NCBI GenBank assembly: GCA_963712745.1
Contig: CAVQJC010000017.1
Span: 352,001 to 416,000, forward strand
Direction: 5' to 3'
DNA length: 64,000 bases
Source of the DNA: an uncultured Chloroflexia bacterium
Lineage (GTDB): Bacteria; Chloroflexota; Limnocylindria; Limnocylindrales; CSP1-4
Made by a program: the position numbers and the translations under genes. The first letter of the stretch is position 1. Each line of letters begins with the position of its first letter. The notes below the pieces were generated by a model. The model worked only from the letters and a program-made list of their open reading frames with translations, did no database searches and was not told where the DNA came from. Below, in pieces: positions 10,276-19,898 of the stretch.

Positions 10276-10735
10276 GTCGCGCACATAGTCTGGTGACCGC
10301 GGGCACCTGACAATCAGGACCATAGGGCTGGGCCCCGTGAGCCGACAGGCCATGGTGGTTCAAGCCTGCCGCCGGTCGGCGCCGAGGTCCGGTTCGGGCT
10401 GGGTTACAGCGCGCTCGTTCGGGCGATGACCTCACCATTCGTTGCGCAGGTGATGAACGCCTCGTCGACGGTGTGATCCCCTTCCACGGGTCTGTGCCTG
10501 TCGAGGATGACGCTCCTCGAGAGACATCCCGGTTCGAGCGAACGATGGCCATGCTCCGCTAGCCATGGACTTGGACGTCACCATGGGCTGGTCGCGCCTG
10601 CCACAAGACGATGAACCGCATGAGAGCCGTGACGGGCACCGCCACGGCGGCCTTCGTGGCGGTGCGTCTGCGGTCCGAGCATGCATCCCGGGCCCGGCGA
10701 TACGTTGTACGCGGATCGCCGGGCTGTCCGGTGAG

Positions 10736-12031
10736 CTACGAAGTCGCGTCGACCAGCAGGACCACCCGGAAGGTGCCGTCGGCAGGGGAGCCGATGGCAT
10801 AGGCGCTGTAGTTCTTGCCCTTCTCGAGCGACAGGACAGGCAGGTCGGCGATGACCCCCTTCTTGCCCGGCTTGCGGACGTCCAGATCGTAGTCTCCGGC
10901 CTTCAGGGTCAGGTACTCGAGGACATCCTTGTAGGCGATCTTCTTGACGATCGCGGCCTTGGGCTTGGCGCCGTCTGGAGCGATGTCGACCTTGGGTGCG
11001 TCGGCGCTCAGATGACCCACGCGGAGCTTCGCTCTCTTGGCCTCCGTGGCGGTGTCGTCCTCGATGACGCTGGCTTCGATGTTGGCGAGGCTGTTGCTCG
11101 CGATGATGGTCGTACGCGTATCACCTTCGAAGGGAAGCGTCGCATCGATAACGACCGGGCTGTCCTCGAGCGAGCCTCCCGAACCGATGATCTGGATCTG
11201 GTTCTCCCCGACCGGCACGGTGAGGTAGGGCGAACTCAGCCCGAACGGCAGGTTCCCGAAGACACGAACGCCGTTGAGGACGACGTCGATAGGCGGTGCA
11301 TCCGGTGACCCGTGCAGGATGCGCACCTGTGCCGTGGTGGGGATGGAGGCATCGAGCGCTGGGACCACCGTGAACGTCCCGGCTTCAAGGCTGCCGACCG
11401 CGAAGGCGCTGGAACTCGTTCCGGCGGCGAACTCGAGCGGCGGAAGCGTCACGACCGCATCGGTGCTGCCGGCCTCTCGGACCTCGAGTTCATAGCTGCC
11501 GGGCGGAAGGTTCGCGTAGCCGGAGTCGTCCGGGTATGCGAGGTTCGAGATGATGGGGTCACCGCCGACGGGTGCGATGTCCACCGGTGGGGCGTCGAAC
11601 GCGAAGTGGACCACCCGTGCCTGACCCTCACTGACGCTGGGGCTGGGGTCGTCGAGCAGGACCTGCGGAATGATGCCTTCCGCGAGACTGCCGGTGGCTG
11701 CCACGGTGGTGGCTGTGCCCCCCTCGAAGGTGAGTGCTTCATCGATGACCACGGGGCCCTCGACGAGCGACGAGCCGGCGGGCACGACCTGGATCTGGTA
11801 CTCAGCCGCGGGAACTACCAGGTAGTCCGTGATGGAGCCGAACTCGAGCCCTTCGACGACGCGATCGCCGTTGGCGTAGACGTCGACGGCCGGTGCATCG
11901 CCGGAGCCGTGAAGGACCCGCACCTTGGCGCTCTCATCCTGGGCTGCTGTGGCCGCGGGCATGGCCAGGAGCGCCGCAAGTGCCAACGAGCTGGCCAGCA
12001 CCTTGGCACTGCGGATGGTCGATTCGGGCAT
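10736..12031 (-). CDS. Secreted DUF4397-repeat protein
   Basis: Signal peptide; repeated VRVLHGSxDAPxVD units; GAGGAG SD before ATG 12031. Confidence 0.85.
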   Translation of the reverse strand: MPESTIRSAKVLASSLALAALLAMPAATAAQDESAKVRVLHGSGDAPAVDVYANGDRVVEGLEFGSITDYLVVPAAEYQIQVVPAGSSLVEGPVVIDEALTFEGGTATTVAATGSLAEGIIPQVLLDDPSPSVSEGQARVVHFAFDAPPVDIAPVGGDPIISNLAYPDDSGYANLPPGSYELEVREAGSTDAVVTLPPLEFAAGTSSSAFAVGSLEAGTFTVVPALDASIPTTAQVRILHGSPDAPPIDVVLNGVRVFGNLPFGLSSPYLTVPVGENQIQIIGSGGSLEDSPVVIDATLPFEGDTRTTIIASNSLANIEASVIEDDTATEAKRAKLRVGHLSADAPKVDIAPDGAKPKAAIVKKIAYKDVLEYLTLKAGDYDLDVRKPGKKGVIADLPVLSLEKGKNYSAYAIGSPADGTFRVVLLVDATS

Positions 12032-12323
12032 CTGCTCCTCCTCTGCGCAATTCGTCCGTGACGAGCATCGCGCAAGCCGCCGGACCATGAGCGAATTGGC
12101 GCTCGTCGCAACTCGGTGTCGCGAGTGACAGTCCAGCCACTTCGTGAACCCTGATGCTACACCCGTTGCGTGCTTGTTCCAACCCGTGGAGGGTTCGCTC
12201 AACTGCTCTCGGAAAGGTCGGCCTACGAGGGCGTCCAACCGGTGGCAGGCTACGATGCGTTCAGCCCGTCGGAGGCGTTCCCAATGGACGTCATCGGGCA
12301 GCCCCGAACCCCACAGGTAGCCC

Positions 12324-13358
12324 ATGAACACCTTGACTAACGACAGCGAGCCGATCATCCGCACCGAAGACGTGGTCAAGCGTTTCGGCAAGGAGACGTT
12401 GGCGCTCGACGGCGTCAGCATCGCCATCGCGCCAGGCAGCATCTACGGACTGCTCGGCCCCAACGGTGCCGGCAAGACCACGCTCATCCGAGTCCTTACC
12501 ACGCTGCTGGAGCCCGACTCCGGTGGAGCCTGGGTGGCCGGGGTCGACGTACTCACGGACCCGGTCACGGCTCGAACCAGGATAGGCCTGGCCGGTCAGT
12601 CGGCAGCTATCGACGGTTTCCTGACCGGGCGCGAGAACGTGGTCATGATCGGACAGCTCTACGGACTCTCCACCAAGGAGGCCAAGTCTCGAGCGGCCGA
12701 CGTCCTCGATCGCATCGATCTCACCGAGTCCGCCGATCGCCAGGTCAAGACGTATTCGGGCGGCATGCGCCGGCGCCTTGATCTGGCCGCGTCGCTGGTG
12801 GGTCGGCCGGAGGTGATGTTCCTCGACGAGCCCACCACCGGCATCGACCCGCGCAGCCGCATGGACATCTGGGACATCATCCGCGACCTGCAATCGGACG
12901 GCACCACGCTGCTGATGACCACGCAGTACCTCGAGGAGGTCGACTATCTCGCCGACCGCATCGGCGTCATCGACCACGGCAAGCTCATCGCCGAGGGCAC
13001 CGCCAACGAGCTGAAGTCAGAGATCGGCGGCGCGGTCATCGAGGTGGTCGTGCCCGAGGAGCAGCGGGAGCATGCCTCGCAGGTGCTGCGCCGCGTGACC
13101 GCCGAGGAGCCCATGTTCGAACCCAACAAACGTTGCCTGGTGGTACATGCACCGAACGGTTCCCGGACACTGATGGACGTAGTCCGCGCGCTCGACGAGG
13201 CCGGCTTGACGCCAGACGACCTGGAGATGCACAAGCCCACCCTCGATGAGGTCTTCCTGACTCTCACCGGACATGTCGCCGAGACGCCGGTAGATGAGGG
13301 AGACGATGCCAAGCCGAAGGAAGTCGGCCGCTCGCGATTCGGGAGGCGATCACGATGA
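12324..13358 (+). CDS. ABC exporter ATP-binding subunit (DrrA family)
   Basis: Walker A GPNGAGKTT, signature YSGGMRRRLDL, FLDEPTTG, C-terminal LDEVFL. Confidence 0.93.
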   Translation: MNTLTNDSEPIIRTEDVVKRFGKETLALDGVSIAIAPGSIYGLLGPNGAGKTTLIRVLTTLLEPDSGGAWVAGVDVLTDPVTARTRIGLAGQSAAIDGFLTGRENVVMIGQLYGLSTKEAKSRAADVLDRIDLTESADRQVKTYSGGMRRRLDLAASLVGRPEVMFLDEPTTGIDPRSRMDIWDIIRDLQSDGTTLLMTTQYLEEVDYLADRIGVIDHGKLIAEGTANELKSEIGGAVIEVVVPEEQREHASQVLRRVTAEEPMFEPNKRCLVVHAPNGSRTLMDVVRALDEAGLTPDDLEMHKPTLDEVFLTLTGHVAETPVDEGDDAKPKEVGRSRFGRRSR

Positions 13359-14188
13359 CCAGCCCCGTACGATCGACCCCGGCACGCACTTCCATCGGCG
13401 TAGGTCACGCGCTGCGTGACATGCGCATCATCACCAGGCGGAACCTGTTGCGCTTCACGCGCATGCCCCAGCTCCTGGTGTTCGCGACGATCCAGCCGGT
13501 CATGTTCCTGCTGCTCTTCAACTTCGTCTTCGGCGGCGCCATGGCGCTCGGTCTTGCGGGCGGAGGCGACTACATCAACTTCCTGATCCCCGGCATCCTC
13601 GTCCAGACCGTGGTCTTTGGAGCCACCAACACCGCGGTGGGCCTGACCGAGGACCTCAATGGCGGTGTCATCGACCGCTTCCGGTCGTTGCCCATGGCGC
13701 GTTCCGCGGTGATGGGCGGGCGCACGCTCGCGGATCTGGTTCGCAGCGCCGGCGTCCAGGCGCTGATGCTCATCGTGGGCATCATCATCGGCTTCCAGGC
13801 CGGAAGCTGGGTCGGATTGGCGGTCGGCTTCGTGCTGGCTGTGCTCTTCGGCTTCGCGGTGTCGTGGTTCTTCGCCACCATCGGCCTGATCGTGCGCAAC
13901 CCCGAGGCCACGCAGGGCGCCTCGTTCTTCCTGGTCTTCCCATTCGTCTTCGCGAGCTCGGTGTTCGTACCGACCGCCACGATGCCGGACTGGTTGCGGC
14001 TCTTCGCAGAACACCAGCCGGTAACCATCCTGACCAATACCGTGCGCAAGCTGACCTTCCCCGACGTGCCCATCTCTGGGGGCAATTCGATCGAGTCCCT
14101 GCTGCTGCGTTCGGCCCTCTGGATCGTCGGGCTGATCGTGGTCTTCGGCTGGCTCAGCGTCCGCCAATACAAGAAGGTCGTGGCCTGA
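13355..14188 (+). CDS. ABC-2 type permease (DrrB family)
   Basis: GVIDRFRSLPMAR motif; six TM helices; ATGA overlap with the ATPase gene. Confidence 0.92.
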   Translation: MTSPVRSTPARTSIGVGHALRDMRIITRRNLLRFTRMPQLLVFATIQPVMFLLLFNFVFGGAMALGLAGGGDYINFLIPGILVQTVVFGATNTAVGLTEDLNGGVIDRFRSLPMARSAVMGGRTLADLVRSAGVQALMLIVGIIIGFQAGSWVGLAVGFVLAVLFGFAVSWFFATIGLIVRNPEATQGASFFLVFPFVFASSVFVPTATMPDWLRLFAEHQPVTILTNTVRKLTFPDVPISGGNSIESLLLRSALWIVGLIVVFGWLSVRQYKKVVA

Positions 14189-14306
14189 GCTTGCAGCACC
14201 CGCGAGTCCTGGCCACCGGCCGGCCCGATGCACGGCCCAACGGGCGCAGGGACCTGCCGAACCCCCTGTCTCGGATACTCCCGAACCTCTAGCTGCTCAA
14301 CCTCTA

Positions 14307-15415
14307 GTGGTCCGCGTCATTAGTTCGTTGACAGGATGTGCGATGATGGGCGCATGCAGTCATCCGGGTTCTCCATCACCGATGAGGATCGCTTGACCCT
14401 GACGAGGTGGACGAAGGCCACCACGGTGTCCGCGGGCCATGCCGAGCGCGCGGCGATCGTGCTCGCCTGTGCCGACGGCGCGGGCACGTCGGCGACGGCG
14501 CGCCGGCTCGGGATCTCGCGTCCGACGGTCATCAAGTGGCGGGAGCGGTTCGCCGCGCAGGGCATCGCGGGGCTCGATGACGAGCCGCGCTCCGGCCGGC
14601 CCAAGGTCGTCGACGACGCGGCCATCATCGCGGCCACCCTCGATCCGCCACCCGAGCGGCTGGGCGTGACGCACTGGTCGACGCGCCTGTTGGCCCACGA
14701 GATCGGGGTCGGCGATGCCACGGTCGCGAGAGCCTGGCGCCGCTTCCACGTGCAGCCGTGGCGACAGGGCACGTTCAAGTTCTCGACCGACCCCGAGCTC
14801 GAGGCCAAGGTCCGCGACGTGGTCGGGCTCTACCTCGAGCCGCCCGAGCAGGCGATCGTGCTCTGCGTCGACGAGAAGAGCCAGCTCCAGGCCCTCGACC
14901 GGACCCAGCCGATGCTGCCGCTGCGGCCCGGCCAGGTCGAGCGCCGGACGCACGACTACAAGCGGAACGGGATCACGAACCTGTTCGCCGCGCTCGAGGT
15001 GGCCACGGGCAAGGTCACCGATCGCTGCTACGACCGGCACGGCAAGGCCGAGTTCCTCGACTTCCTCAAGCGCGTGGCCAAGGCCTACCCCCGACGGGAG
15101 CTGCACGTGATCCTCGATAACTACCACACCCACAAGCACGACGATGTCGACCGCTGGCTGGCCAAGCACCCCCGGGTGATGCTCCACTTCACCCCGACCT
15201 CGGGCTCGTGGCTCAACCTCGTCGAGGTCTTCTTCGGCATCATCAGCCGTCAGGCGATCCGCCGCGGCTCGTTCGCCAGCGTCCCGGAGCTCGTGGCCGC
15301 CATCCGGGCCTTCATCGATGGCTGGAACGAGCGCTGCCACCCGTTCACCTGGACGAAGACCGCTGACCAGATCCTGCCCCGCGCGACCCGTCAAACGACT
15401 TCAGACGCGGGACAC
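14307..15415 (+). mobile_element. IS630-family insertion sequence
   Basis: Imperfect terminal inverted repeats: left gtggtccgcgtcattagttcgttgac vs right (reverse complement) gtgtcccgcgtctgaagtcgtttgac. Each end is flanked by TA within CTAG (14305-14306, 15416-15417). Confidence 0.9.
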
Positions 15416-15418
15416 TAG
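14336..15418 (+). CDS. IS630 family transposase
   Basis: N-terminal HTH; DDE motifs CVDEKS, ILDNY, SWLNLVE. Start may be the Met at 14354. Confidence 0.95.
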   Translation: MCDDGRMQSSGFSITDEDRLTLTRWTKATTVSAGHAERAAIVLACADGAGTSATARRLGISRPTVIKWRERFAAQGIAGLDDEPRSGRPKVVDDAAIIAATLDPPPERLGVTHWSTRLLAHEIGVGDATVARAWRRFHVQPWRQGTFKFSTDPELEAKVRDVVGLYLEPPEQAIVLCVDEKSQLQALDRTQPMLPLRPGQVERRTHDYKRNGITNLFAALEVATGKVTDRCYDRHGKAEFLDFLKRVAKAYPRRELHVILDNYHTHKHDDVDRWLAKHPRVMLHFTPTSGSWLNLVEVFFGIISRQAIRRGSFASVPELVAAIRAFIDGWNERCHPFTWTKTADQILPRATRQTTSDAGH

Positions 15419-15614
15419 CGCATGGGTAGAGCACGCCGAGTCGCGACTACGGCCAACGGTAGGCCTGCCCCTTTCCACGCTGCAACGCCGCCCTCCGCCA
15501 AGTAGCCCGGTCGCGCCGTCTCGGACCGAAGCCGACGTCAGCGGTATCGTTGGCTGGCCAATCGAACCAGTCTGAGGTCTCCATGTCCGAGCTCTCGCCA
15601 GTGACCGTCTCTCT

Positions 15615-16352
15615 ATGCGGATGAATCGTCTCGTCCGCCGTGCAACCGTGATGGTGGCACTGGTCGCCATCACGCTGACCGCCGCCTCCGGCAGCGCCAT
15701 CGCCGACCCGCCGACCGCACCATCATCCCCAACGTCCGACGACATGAACGATGCGGCCCCGATGCCGACTTCGATGGCGACACCGACGTCCGAACCGGCG
15801 GAGACACCGGGCCAGGAGTCGACCCAGCCCGTCGCGACCGAACCGCGGGATTGCCGGCGACTCACGGACTTCACCGCCGACGACACGGGCACGTGGTTCA
15901 TCGTGAACGACGGCGTCATGGGGGGCCGTTCCGATGGCGGTGGGCTCATCGCTGAGTCGCTGCTGCAATTCGAAGGCAGCGTCGTAACTGCCGGGGGTGG
16001 ATTCACGAGTGCCAGGCTTCGCTTGGAGGGAGACGAACTGGTCGACACCTCCCGCATCGAGATGCGCGTGCGCCCCGATGTACGCACGTACGGCCTCACC
16101 CTGGAGGACGCCGCCGAATTCCGTGGGCGCCTGGTGTCGCACCGAGCCGATCTCGACATCGGCCCTGTCGACAGCGATGGCTGGGCGATCGCCACGGTGG
16201 AGTACGACCAGCTCGTGCCGTCGGTGTTCGGACTGCTCGTCGACGCGCCGCCGTTCGACCCCGCTGCAGCCCGTGAGCTCGGGATAATCATCGCCGATGG
16301 AATCGACGGCGACTTCGCCCTCGACATCGACTGGATCGACGCCTGCTCCTGA
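15615..16352 (+). CDS. Secreted CIA30-family protein
   Basis: WFIVNDGVMGGRS and GGGFTS motifs after a signal peptide and Pro/Thr linker. Confidence 0.8.
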   Translation: MRMNRLVRRATVMVALVAITLTAASGSAIADPPTAPSSPTSDDMNDAAPMPTSMATPTSEPAETPGQESTQPVATEPRDCRRLTDFTADDTGTWFIVNDGVMGGRSDGGGLIAESLLQFEGSVVTAGGGFTSARLRLEGDELVDTSRIEMRVRPDVRTYGLTLEDAAEFRGRLVSHRADLDIGPVDSDGWAIATVEYDQLVPSVFGLLVDAPPFDPAAARELGIIIADGIDGDFALDIDWIDACS

Positions 16353-16410
16353 GTGGCGTCGGCCCCGATGTTCCCGAGTGGCGCTACTGTTCTGATTGAG
16401 TCCGAGACAC

Positions 16411-16525
16411 GGGCCGGTAGCTCAGCAGTCAGAGCAGGGGACTTTTAAGCATTCCGAGCTGAGCGCTGTGCTTCCCTGAGTGGAGGAGCGAGCGAAGCGG
16501 GCACAGTTATCGGCTGTTGGCGAGC
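16411..16525 (+). repeat. tRNA-Lys 5'-half copy 1 (16411-16448) plus conserved 77-nt element end (16449-16525); att-like junction
   Basis: 37/38 identity to 22074-22111, ending at the anticodon loop. The following 77 nt align without gaps to 19087-19163. TACTGT (-10-like) at 16385. Confidence 0.88.
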
Positions 16526-16576
16526 TCGTTCTAGCAGCAGATCAGGTCCACCCCAGAGCACCCCGGGGGCGTCCAG

Positions 16577-16766
16577 CTACTCCTTGTCGGGGTCGATCCC
16601 ACGGGCCCGGAGCATCTCGCGGGGGTCGAGCGTGATGCCCGGCCACTTCTGCGTGAGGCGGCGCTTGGCGTCGGGCGGCACGACCAGGTCCGGATCGATC
16701 TCCAGGTCTCGGAGCCACTGCTCCTGCTGGTCCCTCGATCGCTCGCCGGACGAGCTCGCTTGTCAT
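16577..16766 (-). pseudogene. Small hypothetical protein (about 62 aa) with an apparent one-base frameshift
   Basis: ATG 16766 reads MTSELVRRAIE; after skipping one G it continues DQQEQWLRDLEIDPDLVVPPDAKRRLTQKWPGITLDPREMLRARGIDPDKE* with typical codon usage. Confidence 0.45.
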
Positions 16767-16850
16767 GCGGGGCCGTTCCCTTGACGCGACGGACTTCTCC
16801 GCGTTCCTCCGTCTTGCGTTGCCCACGGGTAGGAGTAATCCATCGGGTGC

Positions 16851-16890
16851 AAGAAGGGACCCGGGCCACCTCGCTGGGCAGGCCCGGGTC
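16851..16890 (-). terminator. Probable intrinsic terminator after the beta-helix gene
   Basis: Stem gacccgggcc/ggcccgggtc followed by ccttctt on the minus strand. Confidence 0.55.
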
Positions 16891-16914
16891 TCGCTGCTTG
16901 TCGCCTGGGTGTGG

Positions 16915-18372
16915 TCAGGCGGCGTCGCAGGTGGTGTTCTCGCCCATCGACGGCGTAGCGTCGTCGTGGATCTTGATGCTGGTCATGCCGCCGCAGGCGC
17001 TGTTGCCGTCGACGCTGGGGCTGGTGTTGGCGCCGATGTCGATGCCCATACCGTCGGCCTCGATCTCGTTGTTCGTGATCTCCGGGGAGCCGCCGCCGAA
17101 GAGGACGATGCCGTTCCAGGTATCGCGGATGGTGTTGTCGATGACCTCGGCATCGCTCCAGGAGACCGAGATGGCGATCATCTCGACAGAGATATCGTTG
17201 CCGCTGACGAGTGGCTGTTCAGTCTCCACGTCCGGGCCACCCTCAGCTGACACGCCATCGCCAGCGCCGGCGCTGACTTGGATGCCGTTGCGCGAGCCGC
17301 TGATGGTGTTGTCGCGGATGACAGGGGCGCCGGCCCTATCGATCTGGATCGCAGACGAGATGGCATAGCCCGTGGCGCCAGTGATGGTGTTGCCCTCGAT
17401 GAGGGCATTGGTCGGAACATCCCCCATGACGCCGCCCACGCTGATGCCGCCTCCGCCGGCCAGGGTGTTGTCTCGGATGACCGTGCTGTCGCCCATGCTG
17501 CCGTAGATGCTCGCGCCGTCGCGCAGATCGTTCCTCGCGATGAGCGGCTCAGCGCTATCCGCTGTCTCGATGCTGCCGCCGTTCACGAGGCTATCAGTGA
17601 GCGTGGCCGTCGAGCCCGACCCGATGAGCAGTCCGAAGTCGGCTCCGTCCAAGACCAGGTCGCTCAGCGTGGGCGACCCACCGTCGACGACGATCGCGCC
17701 CGTGTGACCGGTGACCTCACCCTCGGGGCCGGCGAAGGTCAGCCCGCGGACCTCGGCCTGCGTGTCATCCAACAGGAGTGAGTACGCTACCGTGAACTGC
17801 TGGACAGCCCCGCTCTCGGCGAAGTCGAACGTAGGGCCGCCTTCGGGAATGCTGATGACGACCTTCTCGCGGGGACCGTCACCCGCGACGGTGATGTCCT
17901 TGTCGATGACGATGGCCTCGACGTAGCTGCCAGGCTGCACGAGCACGGTGTCACCCGCAGCGGCCGCAGCCACGGCCTCGGCGATGGTGCTGAAGTCACC
18001 CGAGCCATCGGCGGTCACGACGTGGGTCGAGAGCGCGGCCGCTGGCGGCTGAGTGGGGATGGCGTCGATGACGTTCACCGCCACGGCGGTGATGGCGATG
18101 GCCGCGGTGATGGCCGTGGCGCTGTACATGAGTCGGGACCTCCGGTTCATATGGGGTGGATAGTCGTGATCGGCGGTGCGACGTCTCGCACCTCGGCCAC
18201 GGTCGAACCACCGCCCCAGGAACCGGGCCCTGGTCTGGGGGGTCGTCGGGAGCCGAGACAGGGTCTCGTGCATGATGTGGTCGGTATCGGGGGCCGGCAT
18301 GGCCTCATCACGAGCCGCCAGCCAGCGTCGGACCTGCTCGGCTTCGTGCTCGTTCATCCGTGGGTCGCTCAT
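16915..18372 (-). CDS. Anti-sigma-like membrane protein with extracellular right-handed beta-helix (pectin-lyase/NosD-like) domain
   Basis: About 80-aa cytoplasmic N-terminus, one TM helix, DGSGDFSTIAEAV..GDTVLVQPGSY and repeated I.DNTI beta-helix turns. ATGA overlap with the upstream sigma gene. Confidence 0.75.
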   Translation of the reverse strand: MSDPRMNEHEAEQVRRWLAARDEAMPAPDTDHIMHETLSRLPTTPQTRARFLGRWFDRGRGARRRTADHDYPPHMNRRSRLMYSATAITAAIAITAVAVNVIDAIPTQPPAAALSTHVVTADGSGDFSTIAEAVAAAAAGDTVLVQPGSYVEAIVIDKDITVAGDGPREKVVISIPEGGPTFDFAESGAVQQFTVAYSLLLDDTQAEVRGLTFAGPEGEVTGHTGAIVVDGGSPTLSDLVLDGADFGLLIGSGSTATLTDSLVNGGSIETADSAEPLIARNDLRDGASIYGSMGDSTVIRDNTLAGGGGISVGGVMGDVPTNALIEGNTITGATGYAISSAIQIDRAGAPVIRDNTISGSRNGIQVSAGAGDGVSAEGGPDVETEQPLVSGNDISVEMIAISVSWSDAEVIDNTIRDTWNGIVLFGGGSPEITNNEIEADGMGIDIGANTSPSVDGNSACGGMTSIKIHDDATPSMGENTTCDAA

Positions 18373-18929
18373 GTGCTCGCCTCCGGGCCGCGGCCGAGCG
18401 AGACCGACGGATCGGCACCGGCCATGGCATCGCGGAGTTTGCGCATCGCGTGGTAGAGCCGGGAACGCACGGTTCCCTCGGGGATGTCGAGCGCCCCTGC
18501 GATCTCCGGCAGGGTCATGCCCAGGTAGTGGTGCATCACGACCGCGGCTCGGTGGTCCGTCGAGAGTCCCCGGAAGACGCGCTCAATCTCATCTCGATCG
18601 TGGACTTCCGCATACCCGCCGTGCGTCGCCGGTTCGCGAGTCAGGTCGGTGATGCCGCTCGCTCGCCACCGCTTGGCTCGTCGCGCCTCCGAGTAGCAGG
18701 AGTTGACGAGGACTCGGTAGCTCCAGGCGCCGAATGTGTCGGGCTCGCGCAGCTTGGGCAGCTCCCGCCAGATGCTGAGCAGGGCCTGCTGCGTAGCGTC
18801 TTCCGCCAGGTGTGCGTCGCCGAGGACGCCGCGAGCCACCGCCAGCATTCGGTCGACGACCAATTCGGCCAGCATGGAGAAAGCCCCCTGGTCGCCGGCT
18901 TGCGCTCTGAGCACGAGATCGCGGTCCAT
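18369..18929 (-). CDS. ECF (sigma-70 group IV) sigma factor, cassette 1
   Basis: AQAGDQGAF, AEDATQQALL..W, FGAWSYR; region 4 EIAGALDIPEGTVRSRLYHA. Confidence 0.93.
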   Translation of the reverse strand: MDRDLVLRAQAGDQGAFSMLAELVVDRMLAVARGVLGDAHLAEDATQQALLSIWRELPKLREPDTFGAWSYRVLVNSCYSEARRAKRWRASGITDLTREPATHGGYAEVHDRDEIERVFRGLSTDHRAAVVMHHYLGMTLPEIAGALDIPEGTVRSRLYHAMRKLRDAMAGADPSVSLGRGPEAST

Positions 18930-19048
18930 GCCTCTCCCGATGGTGCACCCGCCTGTCGAGCGCACTTACCCATACAGACGCAGGCGGCCGTGGAACCGAC
19001 TCAATGGTCACGCCAGGACGTGTGTGGGCTAGGCTTGGGGCTTCCACG

Positions 19049-19163
19049 GGGCCGGTAGCTCAGCGGTCAGAGCAGGGGACTTTTTAGCATTCCGGGCTCA
19101 ACGCTGCAGCCCCCTGCGTGGAGGGGCGAGCGTACGGGGCACAGTTATCGTCTGTAGATGAGC
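19049..19163 (+). repeat. tRNA-Lys 5'-half copy 2 (19049-19086) plus conserved 77-nt element end; att-like junction
   Basis: 37/38 identity to the tRNA 5' half; 60/77 identity to 16449-16525 by manual alignment. TAGGCT (-10-like) at 19030. Confidence 0.88.
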
Positions 19164-19334
19164 ACGAGTCACGCGCTCCACAGCGAGGCTCGGCTCTGGC
19201 TGGCGTCAAGGCCCGGCCTCAGCGAGAAATCGAGGGAACAGTTCGGCCTTCCGTTGCCCCATAAGATGCGTACAGGCCATCATCGATACCGGCACCGATG
19301 AGCTGACGGCTACAGACGCCGGATGGGGGGTTCG

Positions 19335-19898
19335 GTGGATTCCGACCTCGTGGTCCAGGCACAGGGCGGCGACCACGCTGCGTTCGAGCGGCTCGCGCTC
19401 GTGGTCAGCGATCGCGTCCATGGCATCGCGTTCAACATCCTGCGCGACTCCGACCAGGCCGAAGACGCCACGCAGCAGACACTCCTGGCCGTCTGGCGGG
19501 ACCTCCCACAGCTACGCGATCCGGCCCGTTTCGAAGCCTGGGTCTACCGGATCGCTGTCCGTGCCTGCCACGCCGAAGCCCGCCGCACCCGGCGCTGGCT
19601 GTCGCTCGTCTCGCCCTGGTCTGGCGGAGGCCCCACGGTCTCTGACGCCGACCTCGATGCGGTCGCCGACCGGGACCAGTTCGACCGAGCCTTCCGTCGC
19701 CTCTCGGTGGACCAGCGCACGGTCATCGTGCTGCACCACTACCTCGGGCTGACGATCGAGCAGGTCGCCGAAACGGTCGGGGTCTCGGATGGCACGGTCA
19801 AATCCCGACTCAGCCGAGCCTGCGCGAGGCTCCGGACGGCCCTGGTGGCCGATGCGACCGACACCGGTGAGACCACACGCATGGGGCTGATCCGATGA
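19335..19898 (+). CDS. ECF sigma factor, cassette 2
   Basis: AQGGDHAAF, AEDATQQTLL..W, FEAWVYR, GTVKSRLSRA. GTG start chosen by homology to cassette 1. Confidence 0.93.
   Translation: MDSDLVVQAQGGDHAAFERLALVVSDRVHGIAFNILRDSDQAEDATQQTLLAVWRDLPQLRDPARFEAWVYRIAVRACHAEARRTRRWLSLVSPWSGGGPTVSDADLDAVADRDQFDRAFRRLSVDQRTVIVLHHYLGLTIEQVAETVGVSDGTVKSRLSRACARLRTALVADATDTGETTRMGLIR

Noticed and set aside
10280-10730. Cyclic-dinucleotide riboswitch upstream of the HD-GYP gene
   Set aside because: I could not match c-di-GMP-I/II or ydaO consensus elements by eye; an Infernal/Rfam scan would be needed.
16411-19163. Half-tRNAs as intron-containing or split tRNA genes
   Set aside because: No separate 3' half follows either copy and no group I intron core was recognised. 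Each half has a substitution at a conserved position (D-loop G; A37), and an intact gene exists at 22074.
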